A program made the translations under genes and the position numbers. A stretch of 64,000 bases of DNA, from the NCBI RefSeq assembly GCF_964204865.1, contig NC_135260.1, forward strand, positions 7,564,001 to 7,628,000, in the 5' to 3' direction. Under the pieces are notes generated by a model. That model saw only the letters and a program-made list of their open reading frames with translations, made no database searches and was not told the origin of the DNA. Origin of the DNA: Styela clava (Eukaryota). Below, in pieces: positions 24,504 through 37,039 of the stretch; the stretch's first letter is position 1, and each line of letters begins with the position of its first letter.

Positions 24504-25774
24504 TCACGCCCTTTCTCTTCCATGTGATACCTTCACAGAGCAAACCTTTATAATTTTATGTAAAGTATTTGTTTTTCAGTTATCGTATTTGTAACCTTTA
24601 TAATTTCATGTACAGTTTTTGTTATTTTGTTTGTCCGTTATAGTATTTGTAAATAAAATATATGTTATGCCAGCAAAATAGCAATGTTTTTATACACGAA
24701 ATATAAGGGAGTGATATTATCACAGACGATAAGGCAGCGTTAGGTCTAATCGATCGCTCAGACTCAACTGAGCCGAATGACAATTTCGTTCACGACAGGC
24801 GTATTACTCGCTCAAAACACACCAGTCTTGTGTTGACAGAATCGTAGTAACAAAGCGCAGCGAACTGTAAAGACATAAACAAGTAAGATGCGAGAACACG
24901 CTGTTCACAGTTGACTGAATACCAGGCATGTAAATTTTTCTCTTCAATTTTCCGCGTTTGAAGCGACGTCATCGGAATGGCTTTTCGTTTACGGTCCTCC
25001 AGTGACATCTAGCGTAAAGATCTTGAAAAGACCTTTGCAATGATATATAATAATCGATATATTTAATAAATTTTGGGGTCTTTAGACTTAAATAAAAATG
25101 GGTATACAAATTGGGCAAGATTGATCGTCTGAATCAGGTTAAATGTAAAATTTGAACCTTTTACCAAAAGCTCAGCTTGACGCAACGGATAGTGCAGAAA
25201 TTGCGCTTCATTTAATCGCTGTACTAGGTAAAAGTCGTATGTAAGCACTGTGATTCATCCTTTATAAACAGTGAGAAACCTATTGTGCTATTTATTATAG
25301 ACCAATGAATGATATGGATAATTTATTCAACAGTTCTTTACTTTAAAATAAGATATATCAAATCATATTACATATAAATGAACTCTATAAATCATATTTT
25401 TTACAATGAACACAGTGAAGTTTTATAATGGTAAGCCACAATTTTATAAGTCAATTGCTTTTTGATCAGAATCGGCATCGATAATATTTCGACAAAAGAC
25501 AATATTCACGAGCAAACATGATTAGTTTGGTCGGTACTTCTGAAGTATGCGCACCAATATGTCGCATAACCTTAACCTGGTACAGAACCTGAGTTCAGGT
25601 TGTGCGCCATCATGGTGCGCATACTTCAGGAGGTCCGTTTAGTCAATATGACATCTATAGAAAGGATAAACGTTTTTGAAATATCCCGTGCAATTCTGAA
25701 ACTAATTTCATTCTTGATGTTATAATTCACACGCGGGTGCTCATCTATAACTTAAACATCATAACGCAATCATA

Positions 25775-28700
25775 TCAAGTAAAGCATCTCGCCCAAAATT
25801 TGACATAAGGTTCATTTTGTCTTTGTATCCCATCTATGGACATTTTGTTAATCCTACTAGCTTCCATGTCATTCCACATTTTTCGTACCATTGTGTGATT
25901 TCCCCTGGTGTGACAAAATATCATATATGCCCTAGATATATAATTCAATGGAATCGATAACTTTGTTCGTAATATACCGGTAACGTAGACGTCATCGAGG
26001 TAGATCTGTAAAAAAAAGGATAGTATTATGATTTATTTGCGTTTCCAACTAAATTGTAGAATGGTTAATTCTAACTTGACGTCAGACAATGACAAAATGT
26101 TTTGATGGGGAAACGGATGTCTAGAAAAGTTTGCTCTTTATTTACTCTTGAAATTTTGCGTACTTCCATTAAAATTAAGAAATCCAATACTATAAAGTGT
26201 TTACAAACAACCTGCTAACAATGACCGTTATCGCAAGTGATAACATGTGTTTCACATATAAGAGTTCAATATATTGTTCTTGTGTTTTGAGTATATTTAT
26301 CGCTTTTATTGATATTTTGTTAGGACTTAAAAATCGTTCATTTTCAAACTATGTCTATCAATTTTCTGACGCTAAACTGTTGACTCTACATTGACATGTC
26401 ATCGTACTTACCTGCTTCGTTTTCAGTGAAACGTCGAACAAACGCCGAACGACGTCCATTGATGCGATCCAACATCCACCGAAACAAAACGAAGGCCAGT
26501 AATCTTCTTCGTATAAAGATCTTGCAATAACATACTTTCCTTCTCTGGGTACATTTTTGAAGAAATGGATTTTGCAGATTATTAAATCTTTCTTCGGAAG
26601 CCCTATGAAAAAGAACAAACAGGATAATTTCAATTTAAGAAACCATGATAGTAAAATTATGGTCAATTATTCAAATAGAACCCATTTCAAAATCGTGAAT
26701 CAAAAAGGGTCCCGTTTTAATGCTGGCATGAGTAATAGGTGAAAACAACGGAACGGGCCAGAACCCGTCCGTTGTGCTACGTTAGTATATTCCCATATAA
26801 TTATTTGTATATATCAGTAAATATCAATTGTTGATAAAATGAAAAAAGATAAGATATAAAAGTATCAGACCAATCGACCGAGTAATTTTAACAATATCAA
26901 GTTTAGCTAAAGCTTACTTGAATTGATTAAAGTTGAAATCAGCATCTTTGAATTGACGAACATATCGTCGTCTGTCTTGACTACATATTTTGCATGTGGG
27001 CAACGTTGTGAAGCCCATTTCAAACCCATAATATTTTTTAAAGTTATATTCCGATATGTTTCAAAAAAATCTTCTTGTACGAGATCACCAAATTTCCGAT
27101 TTTCATCATTTACCATACCCTGCAATGTGACATTCTTTGGGTCACCGAGCAAAAACACAACCTAAAATGGAAAAATATGTTAAGGGTTTACGGAAAAATA
27201 TAGAATGAAAAAGGAGAAATAAGGAGAATGATGTGAAGATAAATAGCTAAGTCGATATGGAATTTCAAACAGTGTGACAGGAGAAAAAGCAAGTCGTGAA
27301 ATGGAAGGGATAAGAGATGAGTGGAATAATAGTAATGGGGAATAAAGAAGCATCGAATAAATCCAGAATTGCCTGAAATTTTGAATATCAGTAAACGTTC
27401 GTGAGTATACCTGTGTCAATCTTTTTGCAATTGAGCCCCATGTTTCACGAATTGCATTTCTATGTTCAAAATGTTCAGCCTTACTGTGAACAATGAATAG
27501 GATCAAGAGACGTTTTTTTGAATTTCCTTCATTCAACCTAAATATAAATGTTCTTAGTATACGAGAAAGAGAGTAACGTTCCTCAAAATCCTTAGGGATC
27601 GATGAAACAGGAGAATTTGATAGCAGTAATTGCACCTGTTAAGTTTTCACACAGCAAGCTATTTCATACTCTCAAAAGTTTTGTTTATTCATTTTTATTA
27701 CTACTGTTATTGTGGGGAAATTAGGCATTATTATTTGAATAAATGGTACTCCCCAATTATGGCGGTTGGTGCCGACGGTTTAAAAATGCGCTATGGCTTT
27801 CTCCATACCTTTCTGGTTGTCTGTATGAGCATATCTTCTCAGTATCTGGCCTGATAATATACTTATAATCGTGTGGTGATATATTTGAAAAATTCTGGAG
27901 ATATTCCTCTGGTATTTTTACTGCAGTATTTGATTCCTTCTGAATTAGAATTGGAAAATTCGTTTGTGACATCGTAGATCATGTAACGGAAACGCTAAAA
28001 TAGACAGGTACTGTGTCCGTCGGGTAAAAGGAGTAGATAACAACCTACAATTGTATATCGGACCACCATCGGTGAATAGGCGCTCTATAGAAGTGTGTGT
28101 ACCAATATGGAGGTAACTAATTTTGTTCGCCTACTTCACATCAAAATGTGTAAAGGGACTGAAACCTATGGGCAGGCAATTATGGCCTAGCCCTAACCTG
28201 GTACACACACTACGGGAGTACCGATAAATGTACTAATATAACTACGTTAAATGGATAATTTCAGGGGGATGTTCATACGACAGAATTTTATGCCTGTGAT
28301 ATACATAGAAAAAATTTCAAATCAAACTGCCCGTTCTGTGCAGTAAATTTTAGTGAAGCAAAAACCTGAAGATATATTTCTAATATTTTTCCTTTTTCTG
28401 CATACCTTGGATTTCGTATATTCTTTTGAACTTTCGGATTTCAAATTCTTCAAATACCTGCAATTAATGAAGAATTTCGAGAAAAGTTCATGGAAAATAC
28501 GACATTTGTATTTATGTGTTAACAACAGCTTAGGTGAAATTATCAATTATATATTTATCGATATCTACGTGCTGGAATGAAAGGGCGACTTGGTGAATAA
28601 GAAACGACGCATTATATGTTAATACGCTAGACCAGGGTGGTTCAAGATTGTCGTCTTCGCGGGCCACACTATTATTTTTGTATTGTTCGCGGGCCACAAT

Positions 28701-29843
28701 ACTGCCAAGAATAGGTAAACAGTGCAGTAGAAAACGAACACTGTTATGGTTTAAACACATTGATCAATATTTATCAAGCTAAGAAACGTAAAACACACCA
28801 AAAAACTTACTAAAACATGCAAAAATCTTACTATGCTATATCTAGCGTAAGACTTCAAACTCTTCAAAAGGGAGAAAGGGTCATAAAGCAAAAATGTCGT
28901 TTTAGATTGCACCAACACAACTTGCAGACATATTAAGCAAGCATTGTGGTATTTCTCCACCCATATCCAGTCAAAAATCTGTTTGAATTAGTCAGCTTTC
29001 TTTTCAAACTCATGTTTACAAAATCACTTACAAATAACTGCAGATTGATTGATTACCAAATGTAAGGTACAGAAGTGTAATTACTAAATTTTTTGACATA
29101 AAGGCAGCATTTTTTGTAATACTGTTTAGGCTGGTTGCAAAAAAAACACCCGTCAGAAATTATATTGATCGGCCATTACATTAATATTTAGTTATAAGAC
29201 ATAACCAACCTAGGCTAATAGGTTCCTCATTCGATATTTAGTGTTTTATGAAGCCTATTTTGTCAGCATATATTCCCGACAAGAAAAGTAAGCCAGTCTA
29301 CAATATAGACTGGCCTAGCAAACTATACAACTGCGCAAGTAGTCTCATCTAGCCATAACACTATAGTCAATTTACTAACATTAGTGATGTAACAATACGG
29401 CAGCAATTTCTATGACGAAACAACATCAAATTTGATTTTTTTGTTTCCCCGAATATTGCGACACGGGCCACAGATAATGAGACGGCGGGCCACAAGCGGC
29501 TCGCGGGCCTGGGTTTGGACCACCCTGCACTAGACATAATATCACTCTCAGCATTTGTCCAGTTGATCACCAAATGTGGAATATATAGTTTTTTGATTGA
29601 ATACATTTCTTGATATGAATAATATAGTCAATCCCGCCGTAATTGGCTAAACAGTTCCCTTTCTACTTATTGTGACTTTCAGAAACCGTAAAATTATTTA
29701 TTCTAATTATACCAATAAAGTGTACAATACTATACCAACCTTTGAGGCAGTAACACAAAATGAAGGAATAAAGATGCGAACGTACAAACGGAAAGAAGCA
29801 CAATGATTTTCCGCAGTGCGGGATTCGATGCTCGTATTTTCAT
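25775..29843 (-). CDS. GT31 beta-1,3-galactosyltransferase-like type II membrane protein, 359 aa, 7 exons
   Basis: Exons 29843-29740, 28457-28406, 27939-27809, 27537-27411, 27161-26918, 26602-26412 and 26005-25775 are phase-consistent (1080 nt). N-terminal TM IIVLLSVCTFASLFLHFVLL; motifs RNAIRETWG, VFLLG, FGDLVQEDF.ETYRNITLK, KTDDDMFVN and DDVYVTG. Confidence 0.9.
28078..28222. mobile_element. MITE family A relative
   Basis: GAAGTGTGTGTACCAATATGG...CCCTAACCTGGTACACACACTACGGGAGTACCG shares the family terminus. Confidence 0.6.
28633..29527. mobile_element. hAT MITE in galactosyltransferase intron 1
   Basis: TIR CAGGGTGGTTCAA / TTGGACCACCCTG; GCGGGCCAC subterminal motifs; TSD CGCTAGAC / CACTAGAC. 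Confidence 0.85.
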
Positions 29844-30278
29844 CAGAATTTCGAATCCTTTGAATTTTAACTCTTCACCGACTCAGACAACAGTTAGGTC
29901 TCAAATATCATTACCCTTGTCATATATATATACCATGTATGAATGTAATCTACTACAATATCAAAATACTACTGCTGACCACTAATCTCTAAAAGTTATA
30001 GCTGTTCTACATCGTCGGAAGCGTATCCCCTGTGCAGCACCTTTTCAGCTATAGCCCCCGGGCATTCTAGCAAAAATGTTACGGTTGAGATAACAGATAG
30101 TCCCCTCCAGCAATTTTGCACATTAGAAATTTTGCAAGCATATTTGATAATATGAGATAAAAAATTGTAATTAATTGTCAACGGAGAATAATATATTGAT
30201 AAGCTACGGTTTCATGCAATACCTTATCTATTCCTTTTTTTAGGTAAGAGATCGTGACTTTGGTATGAGAAAAAATTT

Positions 30279-30389
30279 GGTGCTCCAGAAGTATGCACAC
30301 CAAGATGTCGCACAACCTGAATCCTAACTGGTACACACATACTATGATCAGGTTGTGCACCATCTTGGTGCGCATACTTTTGGAGGTCC
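30279..30389. mobile_element. Short MITE family A relative
   Basis: GGTGCTCCAGAAGTATGCACACCAAGATG...CATCTTGGTGCGCATACTTTTGGAGGTCC palindrome. Confidence 0.7.
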
Positions 30390-30410
30390 AAAAAGTTAGT
30401 AGAAAGCATC

Positions 30411-30932
30411 TTAGGGGATAATCTCCACAGCAGTAGCATAACGTTTATCTTTTGTTAATAAAATGCGTTTTTCTGAATGTATTATCAAAAACATTTCGCT
30501 AGCAACATGCTGAAGGAATTTTTTATCCGGGTCATGGAAATCATCTTGGCGAAGGCGAAAGTTCCTTGATCGGTATTTGGACTGAAACCTTGGTCGTCTA
30601 AAAAGAAAAGTCCGTGTTTCTAACATCAGTCCGTTGCGATATTTTATTATGTATAAGTTTATTTTGCTATTTTCAGAGTAAGACAGTTGAAAAACATCAT
30701 CCTGGCCAATAATTCGCCAGAGTCTCCATTTAGGCCTGCGATTGTTGGTCGTTTCAACCGATAATCGATTGTTTCCATTGACGCAAAAAGATGTTCCATT
30801 CCTCGGAAAATGCACTCTTACTTCTTCATACGTGTCGAATGTTTTCAGAACTCCATGTATTGAATGTTCTTGAGATCTGTGCGATTGATTTGGTGTCCTC
30901 GACATCATAATTCGGTGTATTGATCGGATCAT
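30411..30932 (-). CDS. Hypothetical protein or terminal exon with a beta-trefoil (IL-1/FGF-like) sequence pattern
   Basis: 173-codon open frame in AT-rich DNA; possible phase-0 acceptor just upstream (exon would start at 30947); strand pattern aligns by eye to mature IL-1 beta; no signal peptide. The fold call is inference. Confidence 0.5.
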   Translation of the reverse strand: MIRSIHRIMMSRTPNQSHRSQEHSIHGVLKTFDTYEEVRVHFPRNGTSFCVNGNNRLSVETTNNRRPKWRLWRIIGQDDVFQLSYSENSKINLYIIKYRNGLMLETRTFLFRRPRFQSKYRSRNFRLRQDDFHDPDKKFLQHVASEMFLIIHSEKRILLTKDKRYATAVEIIP

Positions 30933-33308
30933 TTTAATGATCTTTTTCTAGTAACAAACATATTAGATTGATGACTAGACACAAAAAAATGAGAATCGGT
31001 GAAAATATGACATTTTTACATGAACACAGTATCATAATCACGGGTCCCCGCTACAATTTAGCGTTCGAGATGGCGTATGATAAAGAAAATGATCTTGATT
31101 GAAGATTCGACACACAATTTTCACCAAACATCATATTGTAACACTAGTTATCTCCACTATAGCTGTTAATTAACACTTGGTGCGACGCTATAATGAATAA
31201 TTGTTATCACCTGCTATTGTAAGGGACACCTATATATATGACATCAGAACTTTAATATTTTATTCCATATCGTGGCCATGATCTGGACGAATTGAAATTT
31301 GTTTACTCTTGTTTAATCTACATTTACTACCGCAACGGTATTCTGAGTAAAAATATCCAATAACATAGTCAATGAATGAATTTTTATGAGTATAATACTG
31401 CATGAGAATGTACTAACGAATACCTAAACAAACCGTCCTTTTTGCAAACTTATCGAAAATCGTAACAATAATTTTGATGAGTTCATGTTTATATCCACCA
31501 ACAAATGTCAGTAGATAAACTATTAAGTCTTTACTCTGCTCTTAATTCCTTTTGCCTTGAAAAACTCCTATTGGCCAGCTCGGGACAAATATTTGGCTTC
31601 GTCAAATGTAAGCGGCCAGTCGCGTTATGAATGAATTATAAATTGTTTCAAGATTATCTGTTAGGCGAAAACTAGAGATATCACAGAACCAAAATGTGCA
31701 GCGTTCTGTGTATAATTGGGCATACTTACCAAATATTTCGGCCATTCTTTTTGAAATTGAATAAAATCTTTCCAGTTGGCTGTCATTAATGCGTGAGATT
31801 GGCCGTTAGGATTGAGACTTTACAGTCCCAATCGTTGATTATCGACTGTTTATGTACTATCATAAGCTTCCTATTCAATGTCGCGTAAACAGCGTTAAAA
31901 TCCGTGAATTTTTCGGGTTCGATTCATTGAACTCCAATGTGCCTATTATTGGTCGCGAAGGGTAACCTATGTATTTTTTTGCTACATTCTTGCTGTTTTG
32001 GTCTTGCTGTTGGAAAAAATCGATTTTTTTCGTAATTAATGGACTATCAGTTGCAATTTTTAAGTATTCAATAGTAAATACCTAATAATGGTGATTATAA
32101 TCCAGTACTTGATTCTAAAAATGCAAACACTATAGTAACTTGGATATATAGATAGGAATATCAACTAAGCCCCATCACTTAGTAAAGTAGGAGAAGGAAA
32201 TTTAACCATAGTATAATATAAAAAAGCTATACATATACTCATACAAGATAAATACATACGATACGATAAATACTCATATTATGAGATTTAAATATCCAAA
32301 TTGATTTAGATATCAAACCGCAATAATAAAGTTCACAAGGGACATGTAAAATCAGGCTGTCATGAAGAAGCGAGAACCGCTTTCATTGTTATCTAAAATC
32401 TCGAGCAAACTTCTTACTCTTATTCCTTCATGCACAATTACATAAAGTAACTATAAACATGTCAAGAGATAGGATAATAAATATATAATCGCAACAACCG
32501 TTTAACTCGTAAATAAATCATTTAAAGTGATGGGACCAAAAAACTAACAATTTTTATTTTTTTTAAAATGTTGCTTTTCTTTATGATTCGATATATTATC
32601 CAATAAAGATAGTAGCGATATAATTGTAAGTTTGGGGTTATCTTGTGATCCATGATAAGCGCAAGTGTAAACGCTGATCATCGCCAAACTGAAAAGTCAC
32701 AATATTTTTTTTGTTCTTTATACTCTATTCCTGGTTGACCAAATAAAACTTATGATTTCTTCTTGATTATAGATCAAAATGCAGTCTATATGTCATTTTA
32801 TGTTGAAAACGATGGCATAAAAATCACATAGCAGACCGGCACCCACGCTTTTTTATCCATAAATGTTCGTTACCAGAGCTCAACACAAACATGAAGATTA
32901 CGCGGCAAAGTGTAATATTTTGTTGACCAACTCTAGCATATTTCGGTCCTCTATGTTTAACTTTTCTCTCATTTATAACTACTTTCAATTTGATCATGCA
33001 GAAAAACTTCATGGTAATTAATTACCCTAACTATTTAGGATCTTTCCGCAGCATAAACAACAAAGTGTTTATGAAAAGCAAAGGTAACATGTTTGTGAGT
33101 AATTAAAGTTAACATAAAAAAGTCATAACAAGATTAATGTCATTTTCTTTCATTTTTTGAAATTTTGTCTCTTCCGTGAAACGCCGGGAATATTCTCTGT
33201 ATATTTTTGTGTGTGCTACTCGTTTCCTCCGAATTTTGCCCGTTTTCTCTAATGTGCAGTGACATACGTGTTTAGGGAAAAAGCTATTTGGTTTGAACAA
33301 AAATATTT

Positions 33309-34500
33309 TGCTATACAAGTAGGGTGGCCAACACGCAATGTGACTTCTGGAGTTGTCGATCGCGTATGATTTTAAGCAACTAAACAAAATGCCCATCATT
33401 TGTTCTGCGTTCGAAAAAGAAGGAATTCGATACTCTACTTGCCCAAAAAGCGGTGTGTCTGAGGACACGCTTGATGAAGCACATTAGCGTGCATCAAATA
33501 CACGTTTTGTCGCTGTCAAGTTTAAGAAACGAACGGGCCGAGAGCGACGAAAAATCTAACATCTATTCGGATATGCTACGCTTTGCCCGTAACTTCTACG
33601 GAATCCCAAACTTTCTGTTCGCCCTGTTTTATTCGCAATAGTACCAGTGACTTCGAAACGTCCATTTTTATTTATTCTGAGCGAGTAAATGATTGTTACT
33701 ACTCATTTATTTGTATGTGGTTATGGGATTTCTATCGGTCGCACTTTTAGAATTCGACAAATTCCATTAGTCGCCACTGTGAGACATGAAGTGATCAGTC
33801 TTCTTTGATTCAAGTGAGGGCGGTCAACTTCATTGTGGCACCAAATTCATTCATAATTTGTCCCATACCAAAAAGTACCATGTTTCTTCTAGTAGAATTT
33901 ACACCGGCGGTGCCAGTTGAACCAAGCGCAAGTGAGCGAAAATTAAATTGTCCTCCACCCATTGCTAAAACGAACCCGAAAACGCTTCTTGACATCATAT
34001 TTATCGTCGACAAAAAGTCGGTTGTTGCTGGGTTTGTTTAGAAATACTCTGAAGTAACATCATTGATAAATCCGAAAAATGCTATATGCTATACAACAGG
34101 GATGGCCAACACATCAATCGTGCCTTCTGGAGTTGTCGATCGCGTATGATTTTGAGAAACCAAGCAAAATGCCAATCATTTGTTCTGCGTTTAAAAAAGA
34201 AGGAATTTGATACTCTACATGCCCAAAATACGGTGTGTCTGAGGACACGCCTGATGAAGCACATTAGCATTCATCAAATACACGTTTTGTCGCTGTCAAG
34301 TTTAAGAAACGAACGGGCCGAGAGCGACGAAAAATCTACCATTTATTTAGATATGCTACGCTTTGCCCGTAACTTCTACGGAATCTCAAACTTTCTGTTC
34401 GCTCTGTTTTATTCGCAATAGTACCAGTGACTTCGAAACGTCCATTTTTATTAATTCTGAGCGAGTGAAGGATTGTTACTACTCATTTATTTGTATGTGG
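33309..34500 (+). repeat. About 410-bp direct duplication of the MFS upstream region (33309-33720 vs 34087-34500)
   Basis: Near-identical blocks at offset about 780, separated by an inverted MFS fragment. Confidence 0.88.
33805..34082 (-). pseudogene. Inverted, internally deleted fragment of the MFS gene (copy 1)
   Basis: Translates STINMMSRSVFGFVLAMGGGQFNFRSLAL..RRNMV.FGMGQIMN.FGATM, matching the N-terminal region of the MFS proteins with deletions. Confidence 0.88.
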
Positions 34501-34783
34501 GACTTTATTACCATTCAGTCGTTCGCAAGGTATTCCAATATATTATTAGCCTTAGTCAAAAATAGGTTGGTATTTCTGGCTGTACAGCAATAATAAGTAA
34601 AATTATTTGCTTTTGCCATAATTAATTGAAACAGGAAATATCATTCTTTACGAAAGGTACGAAAGGAGCAATAAGTTATTACCTATTGCCTTACATTGTG
34701 TCAAATATGTCAAACGAAGTCTGAGTGTGCTTGGTTGCACTGCTTGCAAATTTCAAAGAAATTTAGTTGCATCAAGTTGTAGA

Positions 34784-36166
34784 ATGTCTGACAGCGAAAG
34801 CCTCCGACTATTATTCAACACCCCGTACATTCTCACGCCCAAAAGATGGTGGATTTTAATCATCGTCAGTTCGATTTTATTTTTGGATAGCTTCAGTGCT
34901 TCATTTTTCGGATTCATCAACGATGTTACCTCGGAGTATTTCGAAACAACCCCAGCAGCAACCGACTTTTTGTCAACTGTAAATATGTTGTCAAGGAGCG
35001 TTTTCGGGTTCGTTTTAGCAATGGGTGGAGAACAATTTAATTTTCGATCACTTGCACTTGCTGCAACTGGCACTATAGTAGCCGGTGATTTGCTTATTAC
35101 AGCCGGCGTGTCTTCTAGAAGAAACATGGTGATTGTTGGTATGGGACAAATTATGAATGGATTTGGTGCCACAATAACATTGACATTATCTCAAATGGCT
35201 CCCAGCAATTGGTTTCCTGAAAACGAGCGTGGAAGAGCTGTGGCACTACCGTGGATATTACGTCGATTATCACCGGTGATATCAAACATTGTCGCAACGC
35301 GAACAATACGACAAGGTTATGATAGCATTGATAATGTTAACACAACGACGAGGTATTTTGACAACAATGATTTGATGACAAATTTTAGAACATCTTTCCA
35401 AATCTCATATCTTGTGCTTACTGGAATAGCGCTGGTCGGATTTGTATTAGCACAATTGTATGTTACTGACTACCCGCCTCGCGCAGATGGACAAAAAATG
35501 CCACCACGTGCAAACAACTATACGTGGAGACCACTTACAGAGATCAAAGGGATTTTTAGTTTATTCGCCAACGGCCAGTATGTACTTTTATTGTTTATGT
35601 TCGTTTTGCAACTTTCACTTAGACCAATGGTTGAATGGATGCTTTCATCTATAATAATTGTGGCTTTTCCAGAACTCGATGATGGTACTGCAGGCATGGT
35701 ATTTATAGTGTCCTATGTTGTAGGTGCATTCGGGTCACCCACGGGTGGCTTCATTCTTGATAAGTTCCGTAGACCTAAAGTCACTCTTGTGTTTGGACAA
35801 TGTGCTGCTATCGTTTCATGTTGCATGTTTTCGCTTGGTGTGTATCTAGGAAGCTTTCCCTTGGTTTTTGTAAGTGACGTTTTGTCTGCGTTTTTCAGGG
35901 ATCTTTGTTTTGTTTGCATATCACATTCTTTGATTGAAACCATGTATAACGAGCCGGCAGACACAAAAGTCCGCGCATTCAGTATTTCTGGTTCTGTGCC
36001 GTGGTTTTCCCTAGCGCTTTACACTGGCATTGTCCGGTATGTATTGCAACACGGTGGAGCGGCTTTAAGTGTATTGATTCCCATACCTTTTCATGTAATA
36101 GCTGGAATATTGTACATACTCTATTATAAGGTACCACAGAAGAATAATGAAAATGATTTCAATTGA
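34784..36166 (+). CDS. Intronless MFS transporter, FLVCR/SLC49-like, 460 aa
   Basis: About 12 hydrophobic segments; RWWIL, GQ..NGFG, SNWFPENER and GGFILDKFRR motifs typical of the FLVCR/DIRC2/MFSD7 group. ATG at 34784 is shared with the paralog. Confidence 0.88.
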   Translation: MSDSESLRLLFNTPYILTPKRWWILIIVSSILFLDSFSASFFGFINDVTSEYFETTPAATDFLSTVNMLSRSVFGFVLAMGGEQFNFRSLALAATGTIVAGDLLITAGVSSRRNMVIVGMGQIMNGFGATITLTLSQMAPSNWFPENERGRAVALPWILRRLSPVISNIVATRTIRQGYDSIDNVNTTTRYFDNNDLMTNFRTSFQISYLVLTGIALVGFVLAQLYVTDYPPRADGQKMPPRANNYTWRPLTEIKGIFSLFANGQYVLLLFMFVLQLSLRPMVEWMLSSIIIVAFPELDDGTAGMVFIVSYVVGAFGSPTGGFILDKFRRPKVTLVFGQCAAIVSCCMFSLGVYLGSFPLVFVSDVLSAFFRDLCFVCISHSLIETMYNEPADTKVRAFSISGSVPWFSLALYTGIVRYVLQHGGAALSVLIPIPFHVIAGILYILYYKVPQKNNENDFN

Positions 36167-36544
36167 CACCTTCATTATACTTATTTCAACATTGTGTTTT
36201 CAACTAAATTAGGCAGAATTATCCAAATCAATCCTGATTGAAATTTTAACAATATTTTAGGCTTTAGAATCGTTAATTTTTGTGTTACGGATATCATGTG
36301 TGCTTTCTTACTATAAAAATAAAGACAGAATGAGATGAATAAAATCGGTCACTACAACTGTTTGTAAGTTATGTTCTTCCTACAATACTACGTGCTTATT
36401 TATATTAGTGTCCTCATTTGTCCAAGAAGGGTAAGTCTTTGACTCTATTTCAAAAAGAGCGCATTCATGCGCAAAAATTAAAAGACACATTGTGACATCA
36501 CAATAAGTCAGTTTCTACGATGTTATACGGAATGGTGATCGTAC

Positions 36545-36722
36545 ATTTGAACCCATGTGTATATCCGCGGGTTCAATCAATATGCGGGTGCTAAAACCCA
36601 TGGGTTAGGTTAGTATGGGTACAAATATCCGTAGAACCAAAAAAAATCCCATAGGTGCAATGGCATGCAGGTGCAATTGTCGTGGGTTCAAATGTATGTG
36701 GGCTCAAATGTAATGGAACCAT
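36545..36722. mobile_element. Short palindromic repeat family B (GGTTAGGTTAG core); inverted relative at 49380-49510
   Basis: CATTTGAACCCA...TGGGTTCAAATG inverted motifs; the reverse complement matches 49380-49510. Confidence 0.6.
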
Positions 36723-37039
36723 ACGGAATATATCAATGATATTTGAAAGGGAATTAACACGAAATACATTTTATATTTGTGAAAATCGAAGTAGAAGTTG
36801 GAAGAAAAAAAACTGAACTACTACTATGTACAAAACATGATGTGAAGATGACTGTCAAACTATCTCATAATTTTCGTGGTTTTGATTTAATTCTCTATTC
36901 AGTTTCCAAAATCTCAAATTTCTATACAAAACGATTTATTCACAATTCATGCCATTTTTAGAATTCGGCAAATTCCATTAGTCGCCACTGTGAGACATAA
37001 AGTGATCAGTCCTCTTTGATTCTAAGTGAGGGCAGGGCG

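Larger units (their letters stand above)
6749..26912. repeat. 10,080-bp tandem segmental duplication (copy 1 6749-16828, filler ATAA 16829-16832, copy 2 16833-26912)
   Basis: Every ORF recurs at offset +10,084. Identity starts at GCACAATATAAGTCGG and ends at TTTAGCTAAAG. One substitution was seen (C14867 vs T24951). Confidence 0.97.

Noticed and set aside
31425-31863. Exon-like segments with a faint death-effector-domain flavour upstream of the beta-trefoil ORF
   Set aside because: They need several frameshifts and contain stops, and the phases do not join to 30947, so they cannot be supported as CDS.
34727-34783. Longer GTG-started N-termini given for the MFS ORFs (also 43612-43626) and for piggyBac at 13313
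   Set aside because: Alternative starts are artefacts of prokaryote-style ORF calling. The paralogs share the downstream ATG, and 13313 is internal to the split transposase.
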